Shown here: positions 9,942-20,245 of the stretch, piece by piece
How the letters are laid out: every line of letters begins with the position of its first letter
How positions within the stretch are numbered: the first letter of the stretch is position 1
Assembly: GCA_041694815.1 (NCBI GenBank)
Contig: JBGFSC010000010.1
Coordinates: forward strand, 64,001-128,000
Reading direction: 5' to 3'
Length of the DNA stretch: 64,000 nt
From: Elusimicrobiota bacterium
Lineage (GTDB): Bacteria > Elusimicrobiota > Elusimicrobia > UBA1565 > JACRDR01
Notes under the pieces: generated by a model
Database searches by the model: none
Seen by the model: the letters and a program-made list of their open reading frames with translations, nothing else
What the model was told of the DNA's origin: nothing
Program-made: the position numbers and the translations under genes

Positions 9942-10308
9942 TAAAGCCCTCCCCCCCCGGGCGTCCGTCCGCCCCGTAACTGAACACGTCGAGCTCCCCT
10001 CGCAGCCCGGGATACAGATACTGGTATTCCCGACGCCACGGGTCGAGCGGCAGGCGGTCGAGGTACGGCCGCCCCCTCTCGGGCTGGACCAGTGCCGCCA
10101 AGCCACTATCGGCTGTCGGATAAGCTCGATGATCGAGATGGTACAGCTTGAGCGCGCTGACGATGGCGCGTATGTCGCTTTTGGCCGCGATGACTCGGGC
10201 CTGCTCGGGACGATCCATCACCCGCGGCACGATCATCGCGGCCAGAATCCCCAGGATGGCCACCACCACAAGCAGCTCGATCAAGGTGAACCCCGGGCGT
10301 GACTTCAT
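9907..10308 (-). CDS. gspG: Type II secretion major pseudopilin G
   Basis: GFTLIELLVVVAILG, ALKLYHLD..YPT, LPLDPW, DVFSYGADG, ADIGSW. Confidence 0.95.
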   Translation of the reverse strand: MKSRPGFTLIELLVVVAILGILAAMIVPRVMDRPEQARVIAAKSDIRAIVSALKLYHLDHRAYPTADSGLAALVQPERGRPYLDRLPLDPWRREYQYLYPGLRGELDVFSYGADGRPGGEGFNADIGSWDLDP

Positions 10309-11513
10309 CGGAGCAGTTGGTTCATCTGCATGATGGGCGAGAGGATCGCCAAAACGATGAATAGGACGATGGCGCCCATGACCAGGATCAGAGCGGGTTC
10401 GAGCGCCGCGGTCAGGGTCGCGATCCAATTCTGCAGCTCGCGGGCCTGGGCCGCGGCGGCTTGCGCAAGCATCTCGTCGAGCTTGCCGCTGCTCTCTCCT
10501 CCCGCGACGAGGTGGACGAGCAGCGGCGAGAAGAGCTTGGACCGGCCCAGGGCCGTGGAAAGCGCTCCGCCGTCTTCGACCTCCCTCAAGGCGCGCTCCA
10601 TCGCCTCGCGCATGGCGAGATTGCGCACGAGCGGGATGGAACTACCTAAGGCCGCCAGCAAGGGAACCCCGCTGGCCGTCAATATCCCGAGAGTGCTCGC
10701 CAGGCGTGCGCCGTTGACGGTTCGGATCAATCGCCCGGCGACGGGAAGGCGCAGTAGCCTCGCGTGGACCGCCGCACGCACGCGGGGCCGGCTCCAACAG
10801 GCCTTCGCGACGGCCGCGACCGCAAAGGCCCCCGCCAACGAGCCGAGCAGGATGGCGCGCGCTCCTTCGCTGGCCGCCAAGAGAATTCGGGTGGCCAGAG
10901 GCAGCGCTCCTCCGGAGCCCGCGAAAACCCGGGTGACCTGCGGTACCACGTAGGCCAGCAGGCCGAAGACGATGGCGGCCGCCACGCCGGTAACCAAGGA
11001 GGGATAAATCAAGGCCAGCAGCAGCTTCTGGCGGATGGCCTGCTGCTCCTCGACATAATAGGCAAGGCGCTCAAGCACCTCGCCCAGGTCTCCCGACTGC
11101 TCTCCGGCCGCCACCATATGGCGGTAGAGCTCGTCGAAAACCTTGGGCTGTGCTGCCATCGCCGCCGCCAAGGATTGCCCTTCCAGGACGCGGCTGCGCA
11201 ATTCCGCCAGGGCCGCGCGTGAACGCAGGGACGTGGACTGCTCGATTGAGGCCGCCAAGCATTCGACGATCGGGATGCCCGCCTTGACCAGCGTCGCGAA
11301 TTGACGCGTGAAAAGCACCAAGGCATCCCTCGACATGGCGCGACGGGGGCGCCGCTTCTCGCGTCGTCCCTGGGGCGAAACCCTCTCGACCCGCACGGCC
11401 CACAGGCCACGCCGACGTAGCTCCATTCGAGCCTGGCGCTGGGCGTCGGCCTCGATGACCCCCTTACGCGTTCTTCCCTGCAGGTCCAAGGCGTCGTATT
11501 CGAAGGCAGGCAT
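10305..11513 (-). CDS. gspF: Type II secretion inner membrane platform protein F
   Basis: MPAFEYDAL, FTRQFATLV, GEQSG/GESSG repeats, ALIYP, LEPALIL. Confidence 0.95.
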   Translation of the reverse strand: MPAFEYDALDLQGRTRKGVIEADAQRQARMELRRRGLWAVRVERVSPQGRREKRRPRRAMSRDALVLFTRQFATLVKAGIPIVECLAASIEQSTSLRSRAALAELRSRVLEGQSLAAAMAAQPKVFDELYRHMVAAGEQSGDLGEVLERLAYYVEEQQAIRQKLLLALIYPSLVTGVAAAIVFGLLAYVVPQVTRVFAGSGGALPLATRILLAASEGARAILLGSLAGAFAVAAVAKACWSRPRVRAAVHARLLRLPVAGRLIRTVNGARLASTLGILTASGVPLLAALGSSIPLVRNLAMREAMERALREVEDGGALSTALGRSKLFSPLLVHLVAGGESSGKLDEMLAQAAAAQARELQNWIATLTAALEPALILVMGAIVLFIVLAILSPIMQMNQLLR

Positions 11514-11516
11514 CGC

Positions 11517-12983
11517 TTATTCCTGCGTCACCCTTTCGATCTCCTCCATGCTGCTTGTCCCCGATAGGACCCAGCGCCAGCCATCCTCGCGCAGATCGCG
11601 CATTCCCGCCTGGCGCGCCGCCTCGCGCAACCGCTGCTCGGAGGCCCGCTCGTGGATCAAAAAGCGAAGGGATTCGTCGATGAGGAGCAGTTCGTATATT
11701 CCCGTACGCCCCCAATAGCCGGTCTCGGCACAGGCGGCGCAGCCGGCAGGGGAAAAGAGCGAGGCCCGCTCCAACCGCAGCCTCCGCTGTTCCTCCGGGC
11801 TGGCCTGCCTGGGCTTCTTACAGCGGGGGCATAACTTGCGGATCAGCCGCTGGGCCAGCACTCCCAGCAGGCTCGAGGCGACCAGGAATGGCTCCACGCC
11901 CAGGTCGACCAAGCGGGTAACGGCCCCGAGGGAATCGTTCGTATGCAGCGTCGCCAATACGAGATGCCCGGTGAGGCTAGCTTGGACGGCGCTACGGGCG
12001 GTCTCCAAGTCCCGGATCTCGCCGATGAGCACGACGTCGGGGTCCTGCCGCAGGATGGCGCGCAGGGCACGCGCGAAGGTGAGCCCGATCTTGGCATTGA
12101 CCTGCGTCTGCCCGATGCCCTCGAGATCGTACTCAATGGGATCCTCGACGGTCACGATATTGAGTTCCTTGGTATTGAGCTCCCCCAGGGCGCCGTAGAG
12201 CGTCGTCGTCTTCCCGGAGCCGGTCGGCCCGGTGGCCAATATCATGCCGTGAGGTCTACCGACAAGCTCGCGGAGCAGGCGCAGGGTCTCGGGAGCCATC
12301 CCCAATTCGGGCAGCCGCAGGCGGCCCGCCTGCTTGTCGAGCAGGCGCAGCACTACCCTCTCGCCATGGCGGGTCGGCAAGGTGGAGACGCGTACGTCGA
12401 CGGGACGTCCGCCTACTCGCAGCGTGAAATGCCCGTCCTGCGGCATGCGCTTCTCGGCGATGTCGAGATGGGCCAGTATCTTGATCCTCGATACGATCAG
12501 GACGTGAAGCGCTTGCTGGGAGCTCAAGCGGTCCTGCAGCACCCCGTCGATGCGAAAGCGCACCAGGGAACGGGTCTCGAAGGGTTCGATATGGATGTCG
12601 GAGGCCCCCTCCTTCTCGGCCTGGCTCAGCAAGGCGTTGATGAGGCGCACGACGGGCGCGGCATCGGAACCCTCCAGCAGGTCCTTAGCCTTGGGGATAT
12701 TCTCGGCGAGCGCGGCCAAGTCGGTGTCGCCCAACCCTTGGGCGATCTCTCGAGCCTGCTGCATTCCTTCCTCGTAGGCCTGGCGCAGGGCGGCGTCGAA
12801 CTCCTCCTCGCCGAGCTCGAAGATGCGGAGGGCCCCGAAACAGCGCTGCAGCTCCGCCAAGGCCGCGGGGGAGGCGTTCGGGCTCACGCCGACCACGGCC
12901 CCAGCCGTCCCGACCTCACGCAGAAGCACCCCGTTGGCCTTCGCGAAGGAGTAGGGCATCTTGCTCGCGCTCTCAGCGTCCAT
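11517..12983 (-). CDS. gspE: Type II secretion ATPase E
   Basis: ASDIHIEP, Walker A GPTGSGKTT, EDPIEY, RQDPD, tetracysteine CPRC/CAAC. Confidence 0.96.
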   Translation of the reverse strand: MDAESASKMPYSFAKANGVLLREVGTAGAVVGVSPNASPAALAELQRCFGALRIFELGEEEFDAALRQAYEEGMQQAREIAQGLGDTDLAALAENIPKAKDLLEGSDAAPVVRLINALLSQAEKEGASDIHIEPFETRSLVRFRIDGVLQDRLSSQQALHVLIVSRIKILAHLDIAEKRMPQDGHFTLRVGGRPVDVRVSTLPTRHGERVVLRLLDKQAGRLRLPELGMAPETLRLLRELVGRPHGMILATGPTGSGKTTTLYGALGELNTKELNIVTVEDPIEYDLEGIGQTQVNAKIGLTFARALRAILRQDPDVVLIGEIRDLETARSAVQASLTGHLVLATLHTNDSLGAVTRLVDLGVEPFLVASSLLGVLAQRLIRKLCPRCKKPRQASPEEQRRLRLERASLFSPAGCAACAETGYWGRTGIYELLLIDESLRFLIHERASEQRLREAARQAGMRDLREDGWRWVLSGTSSMEEIERVTQE

Positions 12984-14988
12984 TGCTTTCGATAGTCAAC
13001 GGGACGACCTCGGTCGAGGAGCTTATCTTAGGCAACAAGGGGGTCGAATAGGTTTCCAATACCGGAGAGGGTTTAAGCCTCACCGCACCCTCCTGCGCCC
13101 GGATGAACTCGTAACGGTCGATCCCGATGCGCCACGCCTCCTGGGAGCTGCGCACGACCTGCGGCCTCAGGAAGACCATGAGGTTGATCTTCTCCTTGCG
13201 CCGGTCGCGGAATTTAAAGAGCTCGCCCAAAAGGGGGATGCGGCTCAACAAGGGAACCGCGTCCACGTTCTCGGTGACCGTGTCCTGTATGAGCCCGCCG
13301 AGAACCACGATATGCCCGTCTTCCACCGTTACGGTGGCCTCGAGCGAGCGTTTGTTGGTGATGAGGTCCTGCGCCTGCGCCAGGGAGGTGGGGACGATGC
13401 TCGAAACCTCCTGGAATATCTGCAGCTTAATTTGCCCTCCCTCGGAAATCTGAGGCTTGATCTTGAGGGTCAAGCCTACGTCCTTGCGTTCGATCGTCTG
13501 GAAAGGGTTGACGCCGCCGGCCCCGGCCACCGCCTGGGCGAAGCGTCCCGTTAGGAAGGGCACGTTCTGTCCGATCATGATGCGCGCCTCGGAGTTATCC
13601 AGGGTGAGGAGGTCGGGGGTCGAAAGGATATTGACGCTGCTGTCTCGCTCGAGGGCTCGCGCCAACGCCGCCAGGCCCGCCACGCGGCTTCCGTCCGGCA
13701 GGGTGACGTTGTTGGAGAGATACCCGATGGTCAGGCCGTCCGGCGCCGCCGCGAAGGCCGCGGCGGGATTGGCCGCGACCGCCATCGCCGAAGGCCCGGC
13801 GGCGGATGCGTTGCCGACCGCCCCGAACGCTCCCTTGCCCACCTTTTTCGCCGCTCCCCATTGGATGCCGAATTGCGCGGCCTTGTTGATCGTCACCTCG
13901 GCGATCAACGCCTCCACGAAAACCTGCGCCCTCGCGGTGTCTAGGCGCTCGATCACCCCCCGGAGGTTATTGTAGGTCGTCTCGGGCGCGCTGATGACCA
14001 GGGCGTTAGAGGACTCGTCGAACTGCACAAGCGCCTCTTCCGCGGTCGGGGCCCCCGCCGAACCGGAGGCCTTGCCGTTGATAAGGCCGCGGAGTATCTC
14101 GGCCATCCTCTTGGCCTCCGCGTTCCTCAGATAGACGACGCGCGCCTGCTGGGTCGAATTGGCGGGGACGTCGAGCTTGGCGATGAGCGAACGCAGACTC
14201 TCGAGCTGCGCCGGATTGGGCGCCCGGGCCAGGATACTGTTGCTGCGGGCGTCCGCGACGGCGGTGAAGCGCCGCTCCGTGGAATCGCGGCCCTCCGACA
14301 GCTTGCCCAAGAGCTGCGCGACGTCGAGGGCCGAGGCGTTCCTAATCGGAATGACCGCCACCTGCCCGTCGTCGCGCCGATCGAGGTCCTCGATGACGCG
14401 TAGGAGCGAGCGGATATTCGAGGCGGTGGCCGTGAGGATCAGCGTATTGGCCGGAGCGTACACCGAGACCTGCGCCTCGGGCTCGAGCAGGGGTTTGAGC
14501 AGCGCGGCGATCTGCGAGGCTGCGGCGTGCTCCACCGGCACGATCTGGGTGATCCAGCGGTGCCCCTCCCCGGGACCGCGCCCTTCGACAACCCTGGCCC
14601 GCTGCTTCGCCTCGCCCTCCCGAACGATCCGGATGACCCCGCCAGGACTGCGCACCGCGGCGAAGCCCGCGCTCTGCAAGGCCGCCAAGAAGATCTGGTA
14701 GGCGTCGCCGCGGGAAACGGGCTTCGAGGAGATGATGGTGATCTTGCCCTGCGCCTTGGGGTCCAATAGGAAATTGTAGCCGGTGATCTGCGACATCGCC
14801 TTCACCACGGCCTGCAGGTCGGTCTCATGGAAATTCAACAGCATCTGCTGGGATGCATGCGCCGCCGGCGAGGAAATCTGCGGCGGCTCCTGGCCTAGGC
14901 CGACGATGGGGCTCAAGGAGCCCGCGCCGGCCAAAAGCCAGCCGGCCCTATTCAAGACGATAATACCGATGCTCGATCTTGCCTTCAC
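12973..14988 (-). CDS. gspD: Type II secretion secretin D
   Basis: N0 domain LNFHETDL..NFLLDP, N-repeats, QVFVEALIAEV, NPFQTIERKDVGL, VPLLSRIPLLGELF. Confidence 0.95.
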   Translation of the reverse strand: MKARSSIGIIVLNRAGWLLAGAGSLSPIVGLGQEPPQISSPAAHASQQMLLNFHETDLQAVVKAMSQITGYNFLLDPKAQGKITIISSKPVSRGDAYQIFLAALQSAGFAAVRSPGGVIRIVREGEAKQRARVVEGRGPGEGHRWITQIVPVEHAAASQIAALLKPLLEPEAQVSVYAPANTLILTATASNIRSLLRVIEDLDRRDDGQVAVIPIRNASALDVAQLLGKLSEGRDSTERRFTAVADARSNSILARAPNPAQLESLRSLIAKLDVPANSTQQARVVYLRNAEAKRMAEILRGLINGKASGSAGAPTAEEALVQFDESSNALVISAPETTYNNLRGVIERLDTARAQVFVEALIAEVTINKAAQFGIQWGAAKKVGKGAFGAVGNASAAGPSAMAVAANPAAAFAAAPDGLTIGYLSNNVTLPDGSRVAGLAALARALERDSSVNILSTPDLLTLDNSEARIMIGQNVPFLTGRFAQAVAGAGGVNPFQTIERKDVGLTLKIKPQISEGGQIKLQIFQEVSSIVPTSLAQAQDLITNKRSLEATVTVEDGHIVVLGGLIQDTVTENVDAVPLLSRIPLLGELFKFRDRRKEKINLMVFLRPQVVRSSQEAWRIGIDRYEFIRAQEGAVRLKPSPVLETYSTPLLPKISSSTEVVPLTIESNGR

Positions 14989-15808
14989 GGCTTACCTCGA
15001 GCTCAAGCCTCGTCGAAGAGCTGAGACTTCGATGGGCTCCCGCCAAATCGTCCGCGGAACTCAAGGCCCTGCCGTTGACGGCGCGGATCACCTCGCCCGG
15101 TCGCAGTCCCATGGCGCTCAGAAATCCCGTGGGCGGCAACTCGCGAATCAAGAGGCCGCCGTTCGGCAGCGGGACGACCTTGAGGCCATCGAATAAGTCC
15201 GCCGCCTGCCATCCCGACTCCAACAGGCGCCGCGGCACCGCGTATCGGTTGCCATCGAGGCGTCGAACTGCGCCCGAGGCCGAGGATTCGCGCGGCGCGA
15301 AGGCGACCGCCTGCACCAACCCCTCCGCTTGCCGGCTTCCCGCCAACAAAAGGCTCTCGGAGCCTTGCCCCCGGCGCAGCAAGACCCGGTCCTTGAACAC
15401 CGCCTCCAGCACGACACCGGGCGCCACGCTCTCTCCGATCCGGAAGGCCTCCTGAGGCCGGCCCTCCCGGCTGATGAGGGCGACGCTCTCGGCCCCGGCT
15501 TCCATAACGCCCGCCAAAGCCAGGTTCAGGCCGCTCGGCGGGGCCAGCGCCGCCTCAGCGATGCTGGCCCCGCCCCCGAAGGGATTGGCCGACAAGACCG
15601 TATCGAGCAGCATCTGTGGCTCCTCCGCCTTCTCCATGTAGAGGCGCAACATCGGCTCGCTTTCGAGATTACACAGCCTCCAAGTCCAACGCGCCATTGA
15701 ATCCGCGGCCAGAAGAACGCTCAAGCCCATCACGCCACGGCGCACCCAAGGCTTGGAGAGCCACGCGGCGATATCTGCTTGGAGCGCCGCAGGCACGGAG
15801 CGCCTCAC
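14948..15808 (-). CDS. gspC: Type II secretion protein C with PDZ domain
   Basis: TM, HR domain (LNLALAGV..DRVLL..ESLLL), PDZ (MGLRPGEVIRAVNG); lies directly upstream of gspD. Confidence 0.85.
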   Translation of the reverse strand: MRRSVPAALQADIAAWLSKPWVRRGVMGLSVLLAADSMARWTWRLCNLESEPMLRLYMEKAEEPQMLLDTVLSANPFGGGASIAEAALAPPSGLNLALAGVMEAGAESVALISREGRPQEAFRIGESVAPGVVLEAVFKDRVLLRRGQGSESLLLAGSRQAEGLVQAVAFAPRESSASGAVRRLDGNRYAVPRRLLESGWQAADLFDGLKVVPLPNGGLLIRELPPTGFLSAMGLRPGEVIRAVNGRALSSADDLAGAHRSLSSSTRLELEVSREGKIEHRYYRLE

Positions 15809-16119
15809 GCTCCCGTCAGCGGCTCAGGCTCGGTGTCTTCCGGAGTCTCGGGCGTGTAGCCCGATATGTCCACCGGTTCCTCGTTCTCCGGCGAGGTGGC
15901 GGCCAATGTCTTGACCGCCTGGGTGAAGCTCCCGCTCGGGGGCGGTTGCTGCGGCTGGGGATTGGGCCCCGGGTTGGGAGTGGGGCTCGGATTCGAACCC
16001 GGCTGCTGGCTTTGCGGGGCCGTGCTGGCCGTGGGCCCCGAGCCTCCACCGCCTCCGCCGCAGGCTGACAGCAGCAGCGCCGCCGAGACGCCGCCCAGCA
16101 TCATCCATGATCGATTCAT
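15805..16119 (-). CDS. Small lipoprotein of unknown function
   Basis: Lipobox LSAC followed by a Gly run, Pro/Gln linker and acidic C-terminus; GGGGAG RBS; stop overlaps the gspC start (GTGA). Confidence 0.8.
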   Translation of the reverse strand: MNRSWMMLGGVSAALLLSACGGGGGGSGPTASTAPQSQQPGSNPSPTPNPGPNPQPQQPPPSGSFTQAVKTLAATSPENEEPVDISGYTPETPEDTEPEPLTGA

Positions 16120-16136
16120 AGCATCCTCCCCGACAA

Positions 16137-17636
16137 TTACGGAGCTCCATGCGCCGGCGTCGGCATGTACGGAAAGCCGGGCAGGATGAAGCCATCGTTG
16201 ACGGTCGCCCCGTCGCTCAAAGGCAGGCTTCCATTGGGCGCCTGTCCGGACGGAAGCAGGGCTCCCACCGCGAGGCGCAGGCCGACGTCGACGACATCGT
16301 CTCCGGGCCGGCGACCGTTGGGAAAGCCCGCGGGATCGCAGCCTTGCTTGCTCGCGTTGAACGTGGGGCCCGGATCGAAGCAGTTGAGCGCCCCCAGATT
16401 ATTCTGCGCCCCCCGCAGCGTCGGCGTGATGGAAGTATTGAGCCGCAGCATCTCGCAGGAGGAGCCGTTCTCATTGAGCCCGGGCAGGCCCGTCAGGAAG
16501 GCCTGGAGAAGATCGTTGCGCGGGACGGCCGGAGCGGCATAGCCGAACTGCTGCTCGATCAACGCCGGCAATACCGGGTGCGTGATGTAGTCGAGGAAGG
16601 CGGCATCGTTGATGGGTTTGGACGCGTTGTAGGCGTCCTTGTCCTTGAAGCCGATAAAGAGGTCGTTGGTCAGCGGCATCCCCACCCGCGACACCTGGGT
16701 CCAGGCCCCTCCCTCCCGGGCCGGCTGATCGAAGGTGGGCGACGGGTTGAGGAGGCGGCCTTGACGCAGGCTCGCCGTGGTCCACGCCCCGAGCACGGTG
16801 CCGCTGGAAGGCAGCGAAGAGGAGTCGGTGGCCAGCAAGCAGGCGATCGGCAGCTCCAAGGCCAAGGTCGTCACGTTCTTGCCGCGGTTCTGGCTGATGC
16901 CGCCGCTGGCCGGCCCGACGAGGCTGTTGGAGGAATTCAACAGGTCGTAGATGGCGCCGACGTACATGTCGGCGCGCTCATGCCTCTGGCCCGCAAAGGC
17001 GCGCCCGATGATCGGGCAACCGGGAATGTTAATGTTATAGACGAAGTTATTGGAATAGTCCCGGTACGTCGTGCCGATCCCGAGGCTCTTGAACCCGACA
17101 TAATCGAGGGGCTTTCGGAACATGCTCGATCCCGTTCCGGCGTCGCTGATATCGCCTCCCGTACCGCCGCGCCGGTCTCCACGAATGACCCGGAGGGTGA
17201 AGCTCTCCTCGAGATTAAGCTTGCTCTCGTCGATTACGGTCACGGGCCCCAGGTTGAGCCAGGGGGAGGAAATCTCCTTACCCCCGATGTTCATTGTGAG
17301 GTTCTTGAGCTGATTCTTGAAACGAAATTGGAAGGTCAAGTCCTCCTTGCAGTCCCCGTTATTGTCCACGTGGATCTCGTAGAGGGCATTGGGATCCATG
17401 AAGAAGTAGCTGGGCCCCGAATACGCGTCCTGGAAGGGCTGGTAGTTGGCCACCGCCGTCACGAAATTGCCCCGCCCGGGCTGATAGCTCCTGAAAAAAT
17501 AAAAGTCGGAGCCGTCCACCTTCGGGTGCTCCGATATGAACGGCGCCTCGCGGTAACCCGCGCCCAGCGCCGCCCGGGGGCCGAACGCGACCCAAGCCCA
17601 ACACAGCATGCTAAGTACGATGCCGAATGTTCTCAT
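16137..17636 (-). CDS. DUF4331-like exported protein
   Basis: Signal peptide; motifs [49 protein letters not shown] at 17642-17647. Confidence 0.82.
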   Translation of the reverse strand: MRTFGIVLSMLCWAWVAFGPRAALGAGYREAPFISEHPKVDGSDFYFFRSYQPGRGNFVTAVANYQPFQDAYSGPSYFFMDPNALYEIHVDNNGDCKEDLTFQFRFKNQLKNLTMNIGGKEISSPWLNLGPVTVIDESKLNLEESFTLRVIRGDRRGGTGGDISDAGTGSSMFRKPLDYVGFKSLGIGTTYRDYSNNFVYNINIPGCPIIGRAFAGQRHERADMYVGAIYDLLNSSNSLVGPASGGISQNRGKNVTTLALELPIACLLATDSSSLPSSGTVLGAWTTASLRQGRLLNPSPTFDQPAREGGAWTQVSRVGMPLTNDLFIGFKDKDAYNASKPINDAAFLDYITHPVLPALIEQQFGYAAPAVPRNDLLQAFLTGLPGLNENGSSCEMLRLNTSITPTLRGAQNNLGALNCFDPGPTFNASKQGCDPAGFPNGRRPGDDVVDVGLRLAVGALLPSGQAPNGSLPLSDGATVNDGFILPGFPYMPTPAHGAP

Positions 17637-17641
17637 TCCCG

Positions 17642-17683
17642 CCTCCTGAACGGCTCAAACTTATACGGACCGCGGCCATTATA
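17642..17683 (-). promoter_or_regulatory. Putative -10 element and RBS of the DUF4331-gsp operon
   Basis: TATAAT at 17683-17678 and AGGAGG at 17647-17642 on the minus strand; no convincing -35. Confidence 0.5.
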
Positions 17684-17821
17684 GGCGCCGCGCCGCGCCG
17701 CGCCCATATAGGCCTTGTCAGTTTTTTTTATCCGCGCATTGAAACTCCGATCACCCCGCAGCCACCATTCCGTTACGGCCGCGTCCTAGTAGTCCATACG
17801 CCTTCCTCGTATACTAGGGTG

Positions 17822-18952
17822 GTGAAACCGCATTGGATCATCGGCAGGGCGCTCGGAGTCGAGATCGGGATACATCCCAGCTGGCTGGTCTTGGCCGCGC
17901 TCGTGGTGCTCTCGCTGGTGGACACCTTCCTGGTCAACGCGCCGAATTGGAGCCTGGCGATGGTCTGGTCGATTGCCTCGGCCACCGCGGCGCTCTTCTT
18001 CGCATCGCTGATCCTTCACGAACTGGCCCATGCGGCGGTGGCCAAGGCACGCGGGCTGCAGGTCCGCTCGATCACCCTCTTCGCCCTGGGGGGCGTCGCG
18101 CAGATCGCCCAGGAGAGCGCCGACGCCAGGACCGAATTTTGGATGGGCATCGTCGGCCCTCTGACAAGCGCCTTGATTGGCCTCTCCTGCCTCGCCCTCG
18201 CGCAATGGCTGGCGGTCCCGGCGGCGGAGGCGGGACCGCAGCCCGCCGCCGTGCTTCTGGCATGGCTCGGGGCGATCAACGCCGGCCTGGCCGTCTTCAA
18301 TATGATTCCGGGCTTTCCGCTCGACGGCGGGCGGGTGATGCGCGCGGCCGTCTGGAGCGCCACCGGAGACCGCTCGCGGGCCACGCGCTGGTCGGCGCGC
18401 AGCGGCCAAGCCTTCGCCCTGGGCTTCATCCTTTTCGGCCTCGTCCGATTCTTCCAGGGCGCCGGGCTCTCGGGACTTTGGCTCGCTTTCATCGGCTACT
18501 TCCTGCTGGAGGCGGCCACGGCCAGCCTCGCCCAGGTAGCGCTCTCGGAGGCCCTCAGCAGCGTCAAGGTGGCCGACATCATGTCGAAGAGCTACCCCAT
18601 GGTAGCGGGCGAGGAGGATCTCGAGACCTTCGTCGGCCAAGAGCTCATGCGCTCGGGCCGGCGCTGCTTCATCGTGGAGGAGCGCGGCCGCGTCGCCGGG
18701 CTGATCACGCCGCAGGAGGTCAGACGCGTGGACCCCTCCCAATGGTCCAGTACCCCGGTCGATCGGGCCATGCGCCCCTTCAGCGAGCTGCAGACCGTGC
18801 ACCCGGAAACCCCCGTTTCCACGGCCCTTGAGCTCATGGGCCGCGAGGACGTCAACCAATTGCCCGTCGTCGACGACGGGCATCTGCGCGGGCTCGTTTC
18901 CCGCAGCGAGATCATCGGCTTGCTGCAGACGAGAAGCGAAGTGCAGGTCTAG
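17822..18952 (+). CDS. Site-2 protease (peptidase M50) with CBS pair
   Basis: HELAH Zn motif, [13 protein letters not shown], two CBS domains; GTG start 6 nt after TATACT. Confidence 0.93.
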   Translation: MKPHWIIGRALGVEIGIHPSWLVLAALVVLSLVDTFLVNAPNWSLAMVWSIASATAALFFASLILHELAHAAVAKARGLQVRSITLFALGGVAQIAQESADARTEFWMGIVGPLTSALIGLSCLALAQWLAVPAAEAGPQPAAVLLAWLGAINAGLAVFNMIPGFPLDGGRVMRAAVWSATGDRSRATRWSARSGQAFALGFILFGLVRFFQGAGLSGLWLAFIGYFLLEAATASLAQVALSEALSSVKVADIMSKSYPMVAGEEDLETFVGQELMRSGRRCFIVEERGRVAGLITPQEVRRVDPSQWSSTPVDRAMRPFSELQTVHPETPVSTALELMGREDVNQLPVVDDGHLRGLVSRSEIIGLLQTRSEVQV

Positions 18953-18959
18953 GAGCACT

Positions 18960-20234
18960 GTGCTCGACTGCATCATCGTCGGAGCCGGAGCGGCGGGCCT
19001 GGCCGCGGCCGAGAGGCTTTGCCGCTCGGGGCTGTCCCTTCTGGTCCTAGAGGCTCGAGCTCGCATCGGGGGACGCGTCCATACCGTGTTCCCTTCGCCG
19101 TCGCCCCCGGTCGAGCTGGGCGCCGAATTCATACATGGCAAGCCGGATGAGATATGGCGCTCGGCGTTCTCGCTGAAGATCTGCGACGTCCCGGATACTC
19201 ACTTCCTTAGTAAGGCCGGTCGGATGCTGCCCGTCGCCGATTTCTGGCAGCGCCTGGAAACGGTCACGCGGCGCCTGCGCCGAGGCGGCCGGGACCGCTC
19301 CTTCGACGATTTCCTTAAAACACTGCCGCGCCGCCTTCAAGGCGCCGGGCTTAAGGCGCGCGCCTTCGTGCAGAGCTTCCACGCCGCCGACTGCGCTCGC
19401 ATCGGCGAGCATGGCCTGGCCGCGCTCGCGAAGGCCTCCAAGCGCTACCATGAGGAGAAGACCTTCCGCCCCCTCGACGGCTACGGCAAGCTGATGGAGA
19501 GGTTTTGGCGCTCGAGCGGATTGCCAGCCGAAAGGCTGCTGCGGGGCGTCGCCGTCACGGAGATACGGTGGGGGCCGCGGGAGGTCCGCGTCCGCGCGAG
19601 GAGGCGCCGGGGCGCGGTGGAATTCAAGGCACGCCGGGTCCTGCTTACCCTGCCTGTCGGAACGCTTAGGTCGGGCTCGCCGCGATTTATCCCGGAAATC
19701 GAATCCAAACGGGCGGCCCTCGAAGGCCTTGAGATGGGCCAGGTGGTCAAGCTTATCCTACGTTTTCGGGAGGCCTTTTGGGAGAAATCCGCTCCCGACG
19801 CCGCCTTCTTCCATGCGGCGGACGGGCCCTTCCCCGTGTTCTGGACCGCCCTGCCGCTGCGCGCGCCGCTTCTGACCGCCTGGGCCGGGGGGCCGCCGGC
19901 GGCCCGCCTGAGCGCGCTCGGTGAAAGCGGGATATTGGAGGCGGCGGTCGAGTCCGTTTCCAAGCTCTTTCGAATCTCCAGGCGGCGCGCCAGGGGAGAG
20001 CTGCTTTCCTGGCATTTCCACGACTGGAACAGGGATCCTTTCTCGCTAGGCGCCTATAGCTACGCCGCCGCCGGAGGAGCCTCGGCGCATCGGCGGCTCG
20101 CCCGGCCGCTGGGGCCGCTGTTTTTCGCCGGCGAGGCGACGAATTACGACGGGCAGAACGCCACGGTCAGCGGGGCGATCGCCAGCGGGCGCCGCGCGGC
20201 CTTAGAAATAATTCGAGCCGCGCGAAAAAGATAA
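18960..20234 (+). CDS. Flavin-dependent amine oxidase family protein
   Basis: GAGAAG, EARARIGGR, ELGAEFIHG, GAYSY, FAGEAT; AGGAG RBS before the GTG. Confidence 0.9.
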   Translation: MLDCIIVGAGAAGLAAAERLCRSGLSLLVLEARARIGGRVHTVFPSPSPPVELGAEFIHGKPDEIWRSAFSLKICDVPDTHFLSKAGRMLPVADFWQRLETVTRRLRRGGRDRSFDDFLKTLPRRLQGAGLKARAFVQSFHAADCARIGEHGLAALAKASKRYHEEKTFRPLDGYGKLMERFWRSSGLPAERLLRGVAVTEIRWGPREVRVRARRRRGAVEFKARRVLLTLPVGTLRSGSPRFIPEIESKRAALEGLEMGQVVKLILRFREAFWEKSAPDAAFFHAADGPFPVFWTALPLRAPLLTAWAGGPPAARLSALGESGILEAAVESVSKLFRISRRRARGELLSWHFHDWNRDPFSLGAYSYAAAGGASAHRRLARPLGPLFFAGEATNYDGQNATVSGAIASGRRAALEIIRAARKR

Positions 20235-20245
20235 TCGGTCTTAGA

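Noticed and set aside
16149..17684. 511-aa plus-strand ORF
   Set aside because: Antisense shadow of the DUF4331-like gene, which has the RBS, signal peptide and family motifs.
17684..17705. Short (GCGCC)n run
   Set aside because: About four units in GC-rich DNA; too short to support phase variation.
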